Assembly (NCBI GenBank): GCA_030550585.1
Contig: JAUQPB010000002.1
Coordinates: forward strand, 128,001 to 192,000
Origin: Thermoproteota archaeon
GTDB taxonomy: Archaea > Thermoproteota > Thermoprotei_A > Sulfolobales > Ignisphaeraceae
Direction of reading: 5' to 3'
DNA: 64,000 nt
Shown here: positions 62,353 to 64,000 of the stretch, piece after piece
Layout: every line of letters starts with the position of its first letter
Numbering within the stretch: position 1 is the first letter of the stretch
Translations under genes and position numbers: made by a program
Notes under the pieces: generated by a model
What the model saw: only the letters and a program-made list of their open reading frames with translations
Told to the model about the DNA's origin: nothing
Databases searched by the model: none

Positions 62353-63290
62353 CAGGCAACACCATGACCATTCTTAATAAACACAATGTTTGGCTCTTCA
62401 TAGCATTTGCTGAAGGCAAACGGACATCTATTGATATATACACATCCTTTACTGGAAGAGTGTGTGGCTATAGAGGCCTTTTTCGGTCCATTGCCTTTCT
62501 GAAGTGTTGCAGCCTCTATAAGCTCTATGGTATATGGATGAATAGGATTTGATAAAATATCCTCAACTCTACCAATTTCAATAATCTTGCCTCTATACAT
62601 TACAGCGATATTCCTACAGACATGAGATGCGAATAAAATGTCGTGTGTTATCACAATGAGTGTAATACCGCTGTTTACAAGCTCCCTCAATATGTTTCCT
62701 ATTGCGCCACGTAGATACGCATCCAAGTTGCTTGTAGGCTCATCGGCTACTATAATCTTAGGGTTAATCGAAAGAGATAGTGCTATGGCAACTCTCTGAG
62801 CCATTCCCCCAGATAGTTGGTGGGGATACATATTGAGAACATCTTCAGGAAGGTTAACCATTTGCAAGTATTTCCTTATGAGTTCTACGGCCTGCTCTTT
62901 GTTTATTCTGTTATAAGCGTTTCTAACAACATCCATAAACAAATCAGATATTTTCGTATATGGACTGAGAGCAGCTGATGGATTTTGAGGTATTCTTACA
63001 ACGGTGCCTCTAACAGATCTAAAGTCTGTTTTATCTTCATTTACCACATACTTGTTGTTAACAATAAGGACGCCTTTTGTTATAGAATACGGTGGAAGAA
63101 GCCCTGAAATGGCGTTTCCGATAGATGTTTTTCCAGAGCCGCTTTCGCCAACTAAACAAAAAGATGTTTTCTCAATAACATCGAAGGAAACTCCCTTAAC
63201 AGCCCAGACAACACCATCATCTGTTTCATATCCTATTTTCAAATTCTTCGCTGTAATAATGAATCGGTTGCTCATATCCATGGCTTCCAT
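62325..63290 (-). CDS. Opp/Dpp ABC ATPase (OppD-like)
   Basis: GESGSGKT, YPHQLSGGMAQR, ADEPT, C-terminal Cys cluster. Confidence 0.9.
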   Translation of the reverse strand: MEAMDMSNRFIITAKNLKIGYETDDGVVWAVKGVSFDVIEKTSFCLVGESGSGKTSIGNAISGLLPPYSITKGVLIVNNKYVVNEDKTDFRSVRGTVVRIPQNPSAALSPYTKISDLFMDVVRNAYNRINKEQAVELIRKYLQMVNLPEDVLNMYPHQLSGGMAQRVAIALSLSINPKIIVADEPTSNLDAYLRGAIGNILRELVNSGITLIVITHDILFASHVCRNIAVMYRGKIIEIGRVEDILSNPIHPYTIELIEAATLQKGNGPKKASIATHSSSKGCVYINRCPFAFSKCYEEPNIVFIKNGHGVACWRAEKLYV

Positions 63291-64000
63291 CTCCTCCTTA
63301 TAACAGGGCTAAGATACTCGTTGAGTCCATCGCCAAGCAGGACCAGGCCCAGGGTTGTAGCCAGTAGAAAGATGCCTGGATAAACTACTATCCACCAATA
63401 GGTTCTAATGTATCTGAGACCAAAACCTATTATCATTCCCCAATCAGGCAAATCTATGGATTGCATGGATGCTGTACCAATTAGGAAATTTATTGATGAA
63501 ATTTCTATAAGTATAGACCCAGCATCTGTGATGGCTTGAACCAATACTATTGGAAAGGTGTTGGGTATCAGATGCCTCATTATAACGTACATTCTAGAGG
63601 CTCCCATAACTCTACAAAGCTTAACGAAATCAAGTTCTCTCAGCTCTCTAACGACAACATAAGCTGTTCTAGCGTACCACGGCCACCAAGTAGCTATTAT
63701 TGCAATAACAACTGATGTGAGGCCCCTGCCAAAGACTATTACAAGTGCTGCTGCCAAAACAAATGAGGGTATGATTAAGAACACCTCAGTCAAGTAGCCC
63801 AATAATCTTTCCAAGACAGGGCCACCATAACCAGTAAAAACGCCTATGAGAAGACCTAGAAAGAGGCTTGCCAGCAATGTAATAGATATTTGGAGCAGTG
63901 CGATATGGGCACCTATAAGAACTCTGCTTAGAAGATCTCTCCCCATTTCATCGGTTCCAAATGGGTGGTATATAGATGGGCAGGAAAACGGCAAGCATGG
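63272..64000 (-). CDS. Opp/Dpp ABC permease (OppC-like), 5' end outside window
   Basis: HPFGTDEMGRDLLSR, EAA-like loop GAS...IMRHLIPN, PDWG. Confidence 0.9.
   Translation of the reverse strand, partial: PCLPFSCPSIYHPFGTDEMGRDLLSRVLIGAHIALLQISITLLASLFLGLLIGVFTGYGGPVLERLLGYLTEVFLIIPSFVLAAALVIVFGRGLTSVVIAIIATWWPWYARTAYVVVRELRELDFVKLCRVMGASRMYVIMRHLIPNTFPIVLVQAITDAGSILIEISSINFLIGTASMQSIDLPDWGMIIGFGLRYIRTYWWIVVYPGIFLLATTLGLVLLGDGLNEYLSPVIRRRWKPWI

Noticed and set aside
1-64000. CRISPR arrays, transposases, integrases, rRNA genes
   Set aside because: No regularly spaced repeats, recombinase motifs or long GC-rich RNA genes were seen

Overview
AT-rich archaeal chromosomal segment, almost certainly a hyperthermophilic crenarchaeote. 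The evidence is Cren7, the LysW pathway, an intron-containing tRNA-Tyr and C/D box sRNAs; the gene content resembles Desulfurococcales such as Ignisphaera (inference). From start to end it holds: the C-terminal end of a GH12-like endoglucanase; a TadC plus three pilin-like genes; an RNA-centred stretch (tRNA-Tyr, four C/D box sRNAs, SPOUT methyltransferase, translin with a GC-rich hairpin leader); housekeeping genes (ilvE, glgA, cren7, an atypical glmS, dUTPase, RsmB-like, sufBC, thi4, leuCD-like, trxB, IPCT/DIPPS); a roughly 23 kb amino-acid cluster (carAB, argGH, ACT regulator, liv ABC transporter, lysKJXW/lysYZM, hom-ask-asd); and the end of an opp/dpp operon. Eight C/D box sRNAs were read directly from intergenic sequence. 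The most striking one (4921-4972) has two guides matching the 5' end and the 3' anti-Shine-Dalgarno end of 16S rRNA. No CRISPR array, transposase or integrase was seen. All protein calls come from motif recognition, with no database search, and rRNA targets come from recalled consensus sequences because the rRNA genes are not in the window.
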